From Callorhinchus milii (Eukaryota): a DNA stretch of 64,000 nt. Location of the stretch: NCBI RefSeq assembly GCF_018977255.1, contig NW_024704743.1, positions 10,666,001 through 10,730,000 on the forward strand, written 5' to 3'. The translations under genes were made by a program, and so were the position numbers. Below the pieces are notes generated by a model, which was not told where the DNA came from, searched no databases, and worked only from the letters and a program-made list of their open reading frames with translations. Every line of letters begins with the position of its first letter. Position 1 is the first letter of the stretch. This document shows, one piece after another, positions 38,601 to 51,594 of this stretch.

Positions 38601-39240
38601 TGGCCACACGGAAATCTTTGGGGCCCAACAATGGTGTTGATGTTGGCAGGACTGGGAGGGTGAGTCACAGAGAGAGAAGAGTTCACAGCTGGGATGGAAG
38701 CAAAAGATGGAACTACTTGATGTCTTTTTACAGATTCAATAATACATTCAACAATTTGCAAATTTGTTTTGAAACATGCATTTTCCACCCTGCTATTCCA
38801 AAGGTAGTTCATAAATAAAAAGTGCAAAAATTTGGATGGTTGGGTAGAAGCAATAGAATACCTTTTTGTTAAACAGAATAAGTCAATCAAAATCTCTCGC
38901 TCCAAGGCTGCCTGTCACTCCTGTTTATCTATCACGGTAAGAAGTTATATTTCATCGACACTCAAATATGCTTCCAGACGTAGTGCTTTCCGTTAAGTGA
39001 TGTTTCATCTTGAAGTAGTTGGAAAATAACAATCAGCAGTACTCACTACAGACATTTTCCTGTCAGACAGTTACAGAGGTTGCATTGATGGCAGGCATGG
39101 TTTACAGCCCAGATCACCTCAGCCTCTCCGTGGTTGTCTGGCAGCAGATGGTAGCAGCAGGGAGTTTTTTTTGAGCTGTCACTGTGTAATCATACAAATG
39201 TTAAAAGGATAAGCTTCCCCGTAAGGAAACTATTATGATA

Positions 39241-39271
39241 GCTGCAACCTGGTGGCAGGCTGAGTAATGCA
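39241..39271 (-). promoter_or_regulatory. Candidate CTCF site (core plus upstream module)
   Basis: Minus strand reads TGCATTAC-TCAGCC-TGCCACCAGGTTGCAGC: one mismatch to the CCACCAGGTGGCAG core, with a TGCA.TAC upstream module, in repeat-free DNA. Confidence 0.5.
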
Positions 39272-39579
39272 TTTTGTGAGAAATCTCTGTGAGTTAAAGA
39301 AAACCAAACTACAGAGATTTAAGTCTTTTGGAGGCTTGCGAAATCCAAAACAAGGGGTTGAAAAATGTGTTGCTTCATAAAGGGTTTAATTTGATAATTA
39401 TACAGTTAAACAGAGGCCAGAAGTGAGAGAAGGACCATATATCAGATGACAAACTTCTGTATATTTCATCAAAAAGCATTGCAGCACTAATAATAATCCT
39501 TGCATTTTATATATCGCCTTATCACATCGTTGAGACGTCTCAAAACACTTCACAGAATATTTTGTAAAGTGGATTGACT

Positions 39580-39910
39580 GGCTCCGGTCTGCTCCACATC
39601 CCCCGCCCCAACCGCCCTACCATCGGTGGCCGGGCCTTCAGCCTCTCAGCCCCCAGGCTCTGGAACTCTATCCCCCAGTGCCTTCGCCGCCTCCTCGCTT
39701 TCCTCCTTCAAGGCCGGTCTCAAGACCTTTCTCTTTAACCGTGCCTTCAGCTCCCTTCTCGACTCTCTACCTCCTCCTCGCTCCCTCCCTTCCCTCCCCT
39801 CACCCTGACCATTTCCCCCCTGCTCGGTTCCTGACCCTACTGTACAGCGCCTTGGGACATCCTCCCGACGTGAAAGGTGCTCTATAAATGGAACCTTGTT
39901 GTTGTTGTTG
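39580..39910 (+). mobile_element. Young L2 3' end
   Basis: TIGGRAFS..AP.LWNS, FKAGLKTFLFNRAF, stem-loop and (ttg)n; many CpGs retained. Confidence 0.94.
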
Positions 39911-40479
39911 TACCTGTTTGGGCTTAGGCTTGCAGGCTTAACAGGAACTGAGCGGGGTGAAACCCTTCCTCCAGTGACTGGTCTGTCCTTCCAGGCCTTG
40001 CCGATGAGCCAGGCTGTCTGGGCTTTCATCAGCAGTGCCCTGGAGTACGGACTACTGAGACCACCACAGAGGGCTGACTCGATTCCGAAATTCTGACAAA
40101 ATGGAAGAGAAAATAGAACCTTGGGTTCCTTACCATAGGAAAATTATTGTAATCATTGGTGTTTCGGTATTTCAAGATAGAGGACTTGGGATGAAGAGTG
40201 CTTTTGACTTCAAGTCCCCACAGTGCTGTACCAATTCATGCCTGAAGTAAAATCTGGGGTATTTGGTCAAAAACAGAAAAGCAGTCATAAAGATAAGATT
40301 GAATGCCCTTTAGAACATGATGTCCTTGGCTTTTGGAACATGAAGGTGTACTGCCAAAGCGGGCTTGTGTTGGATGTGAGGTCAGATACTATACTGTGCA
40401 ACTAAGTCTATCTTTAGAAGGGGTGAGCAACACTTCATTGTTATTATTTTTACTATTGTTATTGTTATTATTCTTATTA

Positions 40480-40860
40480 ATGTTATCCTTGCATTTGATA
40501 TAGCATCTTTCATATTAGGAGAATGTCTCAAAGTGCTTCACAGGATTTATAGTAAAATGCAGTGATTTTTTTTACCAGTTTTCCGTAGGTGAATGCGGAG
40601 GCCAATTTGCACACAGAAATGTCCCCAAAACTAGCCATGAAGTGAATCATCAACTGTTTATGTGGTGGGCGGGAGGTGGGGGTGGTTGTTGGCCAGGACA
40701 CCAGAAGAAACTCCTTTCTCTTTTCAAACATAGCCATGAGATATTTAACATCCACCTGAACAGACAGGACCTTGGTTAATGTTAATAGATGTTACTGTTA
40801 ACGTTTCATATGAAGGATGCTCCCTCAGCACTATACTGTATTATCAGCCTTGACTATGAT
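40480..40860 (-). mobile_element. DeuSINE
   Basis: Antisense tail and Deu domain ttggccaggacaccagaagaaactcc...tttaacatccacctgaacagac. Confidence 0.88.
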
Positions 40861-41539
40861 CAACTATGATAGAGAGCATAATTCACCACAAAAGAGGAAA
40901 ATATTGATAGTCAGGACACTGGATTCATTCAAGAAATAGTTTTATGTTGTATAAAGTTGCTATTCTGGAAGGAAGAGATCAAATAAAGCAAAGGGTCTTC
41001 TTTTAATATTGGCTATCAGCACAATGTATAGCCAGACAGTTCAACAGCTTTCATTTAATTAATTAGAGAAAGAAATTAAGGGATTGATTGCTTATTGAGT
41101 TCACCGATGGATGAAGCACTTAGCTTCAGCAGATTTTTAAAACCTATTTAATATTGCACTATTAATGTCCTTAGTTTCCAACTTTAATTGAGACAGTGGA
41201 TATTTGATGCATCTGGAATATCATCACAACGTTGGAACAGAATATGTTCTTGCAAGCCAAATTTGCCATTGGTGTGTTTATTTCCCCTTAATTCCCCTTT
41301 TCTTTTCTTTTTTTCTACAACATTTCCATTTTCTATTGTACCTCTGTTAATTAATGAAAGGATTCGGGGTTATTAGACTTAAAGATTGATCTACCGAGGT
41401 ATCTGATAGGAAATTGGATGTGCAGGCAACGCGGTAAGGTTGCTTTTGCTTGAAATTGTTACTATGTTCCTGAGCACAATGATGATGATGTTACAATTTC
41501 AATACGTATTCAATTGTGTTAATATTTTAATATTATATG

Positions 41540-41870
41540 TGTTTGCCTGTCTCAGTTGGTAGCACTCTTGCCTCTTAGTTAGAAGTTTATGGGTTCAAGA
41601 TTCACATGGGAACTTTTACCTCATGCTGTCTATGCTGACACTCCAATGCAGTAATGGGGGCGTACTGCATTGTCAAAGGTGTTCTCATTTGAAAGAAACA
41701 TTAAACCAAGGTTCCATTTGTTTGTTCAGATGAACATTAAAGATCCCATGGCACTATTTGAAAATAGAAGGGAGTTTCTCCTGGTATGCTGGCCAACAAT
41801 CCCTCAAATAAGTCTGATAAGACTCACTTCACATCTGTTTGTGGCATATTATTTCCTGTATGTAATCTAG
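41540..41870 (+). mobile_element. DeuSINE, 3'-truncated
   Basis: ctcagttggtagcactcttgcctc...ttaaagatcccatggcactatttgaaaatagaagggagtttctcctgg. Confidence 0.9.
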
Positions 41871-42422
41871 CATATGCGAGTCCTCACTGTTATAGTGGAC
41901 AATTGAGGTTCACTGTATTTGTGGCAAAGGTTGGCCAAATACAGTCTGAATCTAATTCTACATGTAACATTTGTGTTCTTGTGTTGTATTGGATTGTGAC
42001 TGAGTACTGACAAGGTGTAGTTAACTCATCTGTGATAGTTTAGTAGTTAACAACCAGCAATGATAGATAACAATTAAACTGGCAGATCTAAAGCCACTCT
42101 TTCATAAGGCCTTAGCATAGAACCTGGTCTTTTTTTGCAGGGAACCTTACTTAAATTTACAACCATATTTTGGAGCTGTAAGCCTGGTGACATATGCAGA
42201 AATCTGCCAGATGCTTAAGAGTATCCAAACTGAGAATTCCATGCAGCCCAACTTAAAGACTTAATTGGCAATTTGACATTGACAATAAGTAGCAAGCAAG
42301 TATAAAAGGATTCTGGGAAAGTAACTGGTCAGATTGTGAAAGAGAGAGGTTTAAATAAAGGAACTCGTGAATCTAGACTGTATTCTGGATTAACAAATGT
42401 TACACCAACTTTACATGAAAGC

Positions 42423-42611
42423 TCCAGAGATAGGTCGTTGGAATTGAATGTTCACTCTCTCCCTGGAGGGACACATCCTGCTTACCTAATTCTGGAAGGT
42501 ATTATTATTATTATAGTATTATTATTGCAGGTTGGCAAGAGCCAAGCTTGGGGACCCCAGCGTGTGTGTTGGGGTTCTGCTCGACTCTGACCAGCTAAAA
42601 CTGCATAGTTT
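42423..42611. repeat. Unclassified dispersed repeat, copy A
   Basis: cactctctccctggagggac..cctgct.acctaattctgga and the downstream agccaag..acccca..ttggggt..accagcta are shared with 51660-51870. Confidence 0.8.
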
Positions 42612-44809
42612 GCTATTGATAATAATATTTTAAATAGTTTCTATAAAAAAAATTAAAAAAAACTAATAAAATAAAACATTTCTGTACACTTGAAAAATGC
42701 GCAGATTGAGCATTTCTTGTGGGTAGATTTCCTCCAAGGTTTAACATGTTGGCAAATTGGTAAAAGTTGCTCATGCAGCTGAATGTAACCTTATATCTAA
42801 ATCAGGCAATGCAGATGAGATATTACAGCCATTATGGCTATTATCCTTATCAAGTGGAGACAAAAGCACAGAGAAGACCAATGCATTAGATATAATGTAA
42901 TAGCAAGTCATCCCAGGTCAATGCATTGGAACAAATGGGAAGTAATGAATGGTCTAAGGCTTTTCAAGCATGTGCAGTTTATTCCTCTAACATTACTCAC
43001 AAATTGTAATAACAATTATTGAGGGTAATCTCGCAGTGAGATGTATACTTTTCTTGGCCTCAGGCTCCAATTTTCAATGACTTATCGTCACTGTACAAAG
43101 TGGGTAAACAAACATTATTGTCTTAATATAAGCTTTGTGAGTATAACACATTGAAATAAATGAGACCTGTAAGCAATTTAATTGCACATCAGAGTTCAAA
43201 TTGAAATGCGCATTTCTGTGCTTGTGATTCTACATGATATTATGCAAAGAAAAATTTGAAGTAATCAATTCACACTGCTGAATTAATAACGTTACGATTC
43301 CACTTCCTTTCCGTTGTTAAAACTAATGTAGAACACTATAAAACATACATTTTCAATCCTGTCATTCGTAAAATTAGAATTTTACAATGTAAAGCTTGAT
43401 GTGTTACCAAAACAGAAGTCTCATGATATTGACCTTGATTCACCATCTGATGATTATCTTTACATATGGACTGATACACAAAAGGGACAGGGTATCAAAA
43501 CATACAGGGAAAGAATTCCACTGGGAACAGAAGGCCAGATGTTGGAACAAAGTGCTCTGGAACTCTATCCTTCATGAGCGGTGCTGTGTACATGCAAGTT
43601 GTTGTTGCAGTTGAACTTCCAAGAGAGAGGCATGTTCCAAACTGAGTCAAGCATGTCAAGATAGATTGTTGACTGCTCTGTATGACCAAAATAGTAAAAA
43701 ATAGTACTTCGCGGTTTGAAGTGCCATTAATCCTACAAAGCCTCAGCTCCTGTTAATCTGGCAAGCCAAAGTTCTAATAGATGGAGATGTCCTAGCTGGA
43801 CAAACGGCAGGAAGATTGGCAGACAGTATTGGCAATAGCAAGGTACACCATTTTATCTGGTTAATCTCAAGCAACACTCCAATAATATAATAATGTTCCT
43901 TGCATTTGATAGAGCACCTTATCATGTCATTGAGCTGTCTCAAAGTGCTTCACAAAATATATTGGAAATTGGATTGATCGTGTATTTTGTGGTCAGCCAA
44001 TTTTGCCCAGCATGTTACAAATCATATTCTGAGATCTCCAAGCTTTGGATTTGTTAACTTCCGGCTATTGGCACCAACTAAGCTGGCTCCAACACAGACC
44101 AATGGGCCAAATAGCCATCTTCTATGCAGCAAACTTTATCTAGTTTTGTGATCATTTTAGGATTTAGGCTGAGAACCATCTGGTCATTTGGTGCTCAACG
44201 CGCTCATTTAAAAGGTAATATAATAACAACAATCCTTGCATTTGATATAGCATCTTATCATGCTGTTGCGACATCTCAAAGCATGTCATAGGATTGTAGT
44301 GACTGTGTATTTAATCCACATATTTTAAGAGGAGATATTCAGATCTGAGACATGATATTTGTAAACAAGATTTGAGATGTCAACTTGGGCTCCTGGTTTG
44401 TGAAAATCAGTCTTAGAAGGGAGTTCCAGGCAGTCAGCTGAAATACATGCAGAATTTTCTATTTACAAGTTCTTTTTTGGAAAATGGCACCAATTCGATC
44501 CCAACATGTTGTTAAATATGATCTGGAATCTGGCCTTGGGAACCGAAGCAAGTGTTTTGATTTTAAAACTTATTTTCCTGGCTGGATCTTTAGGCAAGTG
44601 GCAATAATCTCAATCATCACTGTCCAGAAAATGTTATTTTACAATAAAGGATAGGGACAAGGGTTTGTATCATGTAAACCATAGAACACACAACATAAAA
44701 ACAAAGCTTTGATTGCTTGTATCAGGAATCCAAGATGGCAGTGGACCAGTGTGAAAATCAAAGTGCTTGCGTGAAGAGAATGGAAGAAAAGGATGGGACA
44801 ATGACATCA

Positions 44810-45480
44810 TATAACCATAGACATTTACAGCACAAAAGAAGGTCATTCAACCCATTGTTTATGCACCGGCTCTTTTAAAAAGCAATTCTTTAATCCTAAT
44901 TACTTACCCATACTCCTATAGCTTATTCCTTCTTAGGTATTCAACCAGTTCCCAAGGCGTTTGGTAATTCTAGCTGGAGAAGAGAAGGATATGCAGCAAT
45001 TAGATGGGATAGCTAATATGGATTCTGTTTCAACCACCACTCCCAGCAGGGTATTCCATATCCTAATACTTAACATGAAAAGAATCTCCTAACCTTCCTA
45101 TGTCCTTGTTCGCTAATATATTAAAGCAATGCCCTCAAGTTACTGTCTCCCTGATTAGTGGTAATAATTCCTTACCAATCACTATCAAAACCTTTACTAA
45201 AGCCACGCTGACTCTCTTTAATCAGCCCATGTCTTTCCAAGTGGTTATTAATATGTCAAAGCCTTTAAAAGTTTGCCCACAATGGACATTATACTGACAG
45301 TTCTATAATTACTTGGCTTACAGAGGTGTTATATTAGCTGCCCTCCAGTCTCCTGACACAACTTTTGACTCCAGGAATGTTTGAAAAATTGCAGTTTCTA
45401 TTTCCTTTCTGACTTGCCTCAATTCATGGATGTTACCATCAAGCCCTGGTAACACATTCTCTTTGAGTTCCATCAATTTG
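44810..45480 (-). mobile_element. Old CR1 fragments
   Basis: Tail aaccatagacatttacagcacaaaagaagg; antisense RT-region remnants. Confidence 0.65.
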
Positions 45481-46619
45481 TTTAGCAGCAGATTCCTTTT
45501 CTATAGCTATCCCATTAATTGCTGCACATTCTTTTCTTATCCAGCTAGAATTGTCAAGTGCCTTGGGATGTTCTCCTGTCGTGAAAGTTGCTACATAAAT
45601 GTATATTGTATTGTATACACACTGTCTCACCACTATGCTCTTCTGTAAAAACTGAGGTGAAACACTCATTAAATATCTCTCCTATACCAGATTTTTCTTT
45701 GTTACTTCTAATTGACCCTTCCTTTTCTTTTGCTTTTTACATGTTTGTGTTTAAGGAGAAATGTATCAAGACATTAAGCCCTCTGAGATGTTACTCTGGA
45801 TGAAGGGAACTGTATAATTTAAGGTATTGTTATAGTTTTTTGTGTTTCCTTGCCAGTCTTTCCTCTTTCCTCAAATCATGAGTCAGTCAGGATATTATTA
45901 AGAGGAATAATAATAATAATCCTTGCATTTGATATTACAACAGGTTTAATTCATGCTAAGAATGCTCGCTCACTTTCTTTGTGTTCCAGTTATCTCTATG
46001 ATTACAGAAGCTGAGGTATTCACTAAGTTTAACTCCAAGGAGACCGTGCTTACTCCCTGCCACCAAAGGAAGATAATCACTGGTTGGTCTTTCATGCAAG
46101 CTCTCTTAAGTGTTTGCAGCATTCTCCTCACTTAAAGCCAAAGCTAATTCTAAAATAATCATATTTCAAATCCTTTATTTTAGCCTATCAATGCACCAAA
46201 AAACACAAGATGAAAAGGATCAGTCCTTAATACCAATAGTCTCCCCTGTACACGCTAAATCACACGCAACCTATATTTTTAAGTTCAGCTGCAGATTGGA
46301 TATGTCGTGATTGACACTTTGGGGGATTTTTGAATGAGTATGAGCGAAGTGCTGGAACCTTGATCAGTGACCTATGGGTTTCAGCTGAAGTGCACCATTC
46401 TTGTGTAACTCCTGGGCTAGCCAGGGTAATCCGTGCAATGATGTTTATTTTAGAGTGTAACAAGCACAAGGCAGGACTATTCAAAGCCATCAGTGGTACT
46501 AATTTATAATACAGTGATAGAGAATAACCTGGTTTATGTTGCATTCAGTAAGCTACATATGAAAAAAACCTTTAGGATACAAAAGCTCAAACTCATACTA
46601 GAGTTGAGACAATTGAAAG

Positions 46620-47470
46620 GGGACCTGGTTGAGATGTTATGAAAGGATTTGATGATGTGAATGTTGGTTGGTTGTTTCCACTTGAGAGTAAGTCCCCAAA
46701 ACTTGAGGACTTAAATATAAGAAGCTAATAGAATAATCCATAAATTTGATATAGCACCTTAACAGTTATCGAGACATTTACTGCCAGGTTTGCCTACAAA
46801 TACACATTACTCTATAAAGTGTAATGTGAATTTCTAGGCAAACGTGGCAGTAACTTTGCACACAGCAAGGACCCACAAACAGCCATGAAACGAATGATCA
46901 ATTTTATTTGGGCCATTGTCAGCCAGAGAAACTTCCTTCTCTTTTTTGAATAGTGCCATAAATATCTTTAACACCTATCCGAAGGCCCAGACACAATGGG
47001 CAGAATGGCCTCCTTCTGCTCTGTATGATTCAAATGGGACTCAGTTTAACATCTGAGCCGAAAAACTGATTCTTTGACAATGTAGCAAGCACCCCCACCC
47101 TCCACACCCCTCCATAGTACTGCACCAGTGTCTCACTGGGAGACTGGGAGTACAGACTCCCAACATGGAGTTTGAACCCACAATCTTCTGACTCAGAAGC
47201 AAGATTCCTAACAATTCAGCCAGGCTGACATACTAATCAAATGGGGAGTTTAGTAAGAACTTCTTCATGCAGAGCGTGATGAGAATGTGGAACTCACTGC
47301 TGGAAGCTGTGGTTGAAGCAAATAGCATTAAAGTATTTAAGAGAAAACATGTTGCATAGGGAGAAGGAAATAGAGGGCAATGGATGATAGAAATAGAAGG
47401 CATGAAGGCTTGTGTGGAGTATAAACCTAGGCACAGACGAGTTGGGCCAAATGGCCTGTTTCCATGCCAT
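46620..47470 (+). mobile_element. CR1 3' fragment split by an antisense DeuSINE (46730-47230)
   Basis: MKGFD..LFPL..LKYK resumes at KNFFMQSVMRMWNSL after a full DeuSINE. Confidence 0.8.
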
Positions 47471-47619
47471 ATCGCTTTATCAAGGCTATGAGGTAATAAT
47501 CCCTTTGACAGAAAATAAAACAATAATAATTAGTTGGCCACTCAATCCATGACTGTTTGTGGGGCACTGCTGTGCACAATTCGCTGCTGCATTTCGCCCA
47601 CAAAATACACAGTAACTAA

Positions 47620-47825
47620 AAATAAATTCTTCCATTTGATATAGCACCTTTCATATTGGGAGGACGTCTCAGAGCACGTCAAGTGTAAAGACTGTGTGTA
47701 ATTTGGGCAAACACATCAATTAATTTACACATAGCAATGTCCCACAAACAGCCGTGAAGTGAATGACTAATTTTATTTAGGGGATTGTTGGCCCAGAACA
47801 CCAGGAGAAACTCCCTTCTCCCTTA
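47620..47825 (-). mobile_element. DeuSINE 3' half
   Basis: gcaatgtcccacaaacagccgtgaagtgaatgac...caccaggagaaactcccttctc. Confidence 0.85.
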
Positions 47826-48317
47826 AGAAATTCAAGGAAACACAGGGAACCTTAGTCGCAGACTGGGAAGATGTTGTGACCTTAGATGTAGTTGAAGAGG
47901 TAAATCTTCAGATGGGATATAAAGATGGATAAAGATGGAGTGAGACAGAGGGATGGAGACAGAGTTCCAGAGTTTAGGGGTGTAGAGGCTTAAGAGACAG
48001 CCACCAATGGTGTCACAAAGGGGTTGGGAGATATGCAGAAGGTCTATGCAACCTGAGCAAAGGGGGCAGATAGTGGAGAGGTGCCTGAACAGATTGGAGA
48101 GGTAAAACCACAACAACTTGCATTTAAATAGTGCCTATCACACAGGGTAACGTCCCAGAGAGTTAATTTATTTAAAAATCTCACTTTATAAATAATCCTT
48201 ACATTTGATATCACGTCACATCAGGAAAACAACTTAAAGTACTTCACAGGATATACTGGGGTCAACAGTACAACCGGGTTATAACCAAATTAATACTATA
48301 CATCAGTCCATTATACT

Positions 48318-49490
48318 ACAGCAACAAGATTGCATTTGTATAGCGCTTTTCATGTCAGGAGGACGTCCCAAGGCACTGGACAGTGTACAGCATTTCAGAC
48401 CTGAGCTGGGGTCGGGGAGAGAGAAGGAAGGGGAAGGGGGGTGATCAATGGCATGCTCGAAGAGAAGGGTCTTGAGGCGGGATGTGAAGGAGACTAAGGA
48501 GGAGGCAAGGTGGAGTGATTGGGGGATGGAATTCCAGAGGTTGGGGGCAGAGTGGCTGAGGCTCTCCCACCAATGGTGGGGCGGGTGGGTCGGGGGATAT
48601 GGAGCAGGCCAGAGCCGGCTGAGCGGAGGGAGCGGGCGGGTTGGTAGGAGGTTAAGAGGTCACAGAGGTAGGGTGCGGCGAGGCCATGGAGGGCTTTGTA
48701 CGTGAGGACCAGGATCTTGAACTGGATCCTCTGAAGGATAGGGAGCCAATGGAATCAGGCGAGAATGGGGGAGATGGTTTTACGAGTTTGGTTGGGAGAG
48801 GACATGGGCTGCAGAGTTCTGGATTATCTGCAGGCTGTGGAGGGAGGAGTTGGGAAGGCCAACAAGCAGGGCTTTTGCATAGTCGAGCCTGGAGGTGATG
48901 AAGGCATGAACAAGAGTTTCAGCGGCCTGAGGGGTGAGGTAGTGGTGGATTCGGGTGATGTTATGGAGGTGAGAGAAGGTAGAGTGGGTCATGGCTTGGA
49001 TGTGGGGAAGAAAAGACAGTTGAGGGTTGAACAAGACACCTAGGTTCCTGACTGGTTTGGTGAGTTGTAGTGTGCATCTATGGAGGTTGATGCTGCCAGA
49101 GCCTGAGGTGCAGAGGCGCTGGTGCGAGCCAATCAGTAGGGCCTTAGTCTTGTTCACATTCAATTGTAGGAAATTTGCCCTCATCCAGGACTTGATGTCC
49201 GACAGACAGTCTGTCAGGGCAGCAGTGGTCCTGGAGTTGAGGGTGGAGGCAGGAAGATAGAGTTGGGTGTCATCCACATAGATATGGAAGTTGACCCCAT
49301 GTCTGCGGATGATGTCACCAAGGGGGAGCATGTAGATATTAAAGAGGAGAGGGCCAAGGACAGAGCCCTGGGAGACGCCAGACATGACAGTGCAGGGGCT
49401 GGAGGAGAAACCGTTAGAAGTAAGAAAGTGGAGTCGGTGAGTGAGATAGGATTCGATACAGGAAAGGGCAGGTCCGCGAAAGTTACTGGA
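48318..49490 (-). mobile_element. L2 LINE, 5'-truncated, retaining an open RT reading frame (ORF 48780-49595)
   Basis: [45 protein letters not shown]; same subfamily as 36650-37995. Confidence 0.97.
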
Positions 49491-50936
49491 GTTGCACTGG
49501 ATGCTACATTGCACATGCCGCTGCTTCACAGGGTTGCCTGAGTGCTTGCTGCAGTTCTGCATTGTTAATCTTTGTTCAGAGTAAACTCCAAGCATAGCTC
49601 AGAATGTGTAGCATTCAGTGCCTAATCCAGGAGCTATTTCCACTTCTTTGAGCCCTTGGAGCATAAAAATATAACCGCTGACTACTTTGACTTATCGCAA
49701 TATTTATCAATCTTCACATTAGCAGAGAGGGGAGTGATGACAATGTGGTCATTTTCTCCTTCCCTCCTCCTACAGCCTTGAGCACTTTTCTGCACTGTAT
49801 TGTGTCAGGGCAACCCGACCTTCTGCTGAATTAGGTCAACGCAACAAATAACTTATTATTGCCCGAAGGAAGTTGCACTGTGATTGTGCAGAGAAATGGT
49901 TTACTTTCAGGAACACTTCTATTGAATTAATCATTTATATACAAGTGAAGAATACCACTCAGGCCCAATTAACGTGGCAAAAATAAGAAGGTGAGGAGTT
50001 GAGAACTGTGCTTTAGTGACATTAGGCAAAATGCATCTCTCGACTGACAAAGTACTTTTTTTCTCTTTTCAGAGTCACTGGATGGGTTTCACTCTTAGCA
50101 ATAAGAAGTAGCTGCCAAGGTTAACTTTTCCTTACTAAGAGGCATCTCCTCTCCACTAAATGATAACAATTTACATTTATATAGTGCCTGTCACATTGAG
50201 AGGGCATCTCAAAGAACTTCACACAGCTGACTGGGAGCCCAATCAGGAACTGGCTTTGGTGCTGCCCCTAGAGATGTCCAGGGAATTTGTATTTAGGCTG
50301 CTCTACACATTAATAGTTATAATCTTACATTGGATATAGCACCTTTCATGCAAGAAGACATCTCAAAGCGCTTCACGGGATATACTGTAACATGTGGAGA
50401 AAACACACAGCCAATTTGCAGAATAATGCCTTCTACTTTTCGAATAGCACAGCAATGATCCACAAACAGCCTTGATGTGAAAGATCAGTTTTATTTGAGG
50501 AATTATTGGTCAGGACAGTAACAGTGGGTCAGCCTCTGATGCATCTGGGATTCATTATTTACAACTCCTTTTGCAAATGCCTCCACCCTCGACTTCAGGA
50601 CTGCTGTCCTGACAGAATGTCTGTCAGACATCAGGTCTTGGATGATGGCAGAACACCTATTATTGAAGGTGGTAATCAAGTTTATACTGCTTTTCATTAG
50701 GAATAACCAGGTATGAGCTGTGTCTTCTTGAAGGAATATACATTGAAGCTCAGCTGCTAAGACCATCTTGAGCTGTGTAAATATAGGTGTGAATAAATTC
50801 AGCCTCAGCTGTAAACGTTCCTTCCAAAAAGATCTTTTGAGGGTCTGAACATTATTAATGTTATTGGTTATCAGACCGCTTCTCAGCTGCTCTGTTGCTG
50901 GAGGCGGTCAAATAACCAGGCATTAATTGTTCCTGG

Positions 50937-51125
50937 ACAACAACTTCGCTTATATAGCGTTTTCACATCGGAAAGATGTCCCAGGGCGCTGGACAATCAG
51001 GGTTTTTTGGACCTGAGCTGGCGTTGGGGTCAGGAGTGGTGGAGGGCTGGGATGTTGGAGGTGGGAGGGTGGCCGAAGGCATGGTTGAAGAGAAAGGTCT
51101 TTAGACAGGACTTGAAGGAGGCAAG
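50937..51125 (-). mobile_element. L2 3' end
   Basis: FKSCLKTFLFNHAF antisense plus tail. Confidence 0.88.
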
Positions 51126-51594
51126 AAAGGGACATCATTAAACCGGGGCAAAGCGACAACCTTCCATGGTTTCTGAGGTTCTGTGAGCACATTTTGTCGT
51201 GGTTGTATCTGAAAGTTAATCATCACAATTTAGTGACTGTAGGAGAATTCAGTGTTTATTCGCTACTAGATCAGGAGCTTATATTAAATGTGCAGTCACT
51301 GAGACCAGAATAAAAGCAGCTTTATTAAATTTATGCAATGTTCAAAATAGAACCATCTACATCAACAGCCATCATCTTACGCCAGTCTTATGACAAACAT
51401 ATATCTAATGATATACAAAATAAATTAATTATAATATAATAATAATCCTTGCAGTTGCTATAGTGCTTTTCACGTCTTCTAGACATCTCAAGCGCGTCAC
51501 AGAATATACTGTAAAGTGAATTGACTTTATATTTGTGGGTGAAAACAGTCACATTCAGATTGGTTGTATTTTCAGAACTGATTTTTTTTGGGGG

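Noticed and set aside
39995..40035. Hammerhead ribozyme (ctgatga on the minus strand)
   Set aside because: No correctly placed stem II followed by GAAA and stem III; it folds as a simple hairpin
48780..49595. 271-aa RT ORF as an active or domesticated gene
   Set aside because: 5'-truncated L2 with no endonuclease domain; the N-terminus is read from flanking DNA and the frame is broken downstream
50050..50125. Acceptor tttttttctcttttcag followed by a short frame
   Set aside because: Weak donor (gttaac) and an unrecognisable peptide
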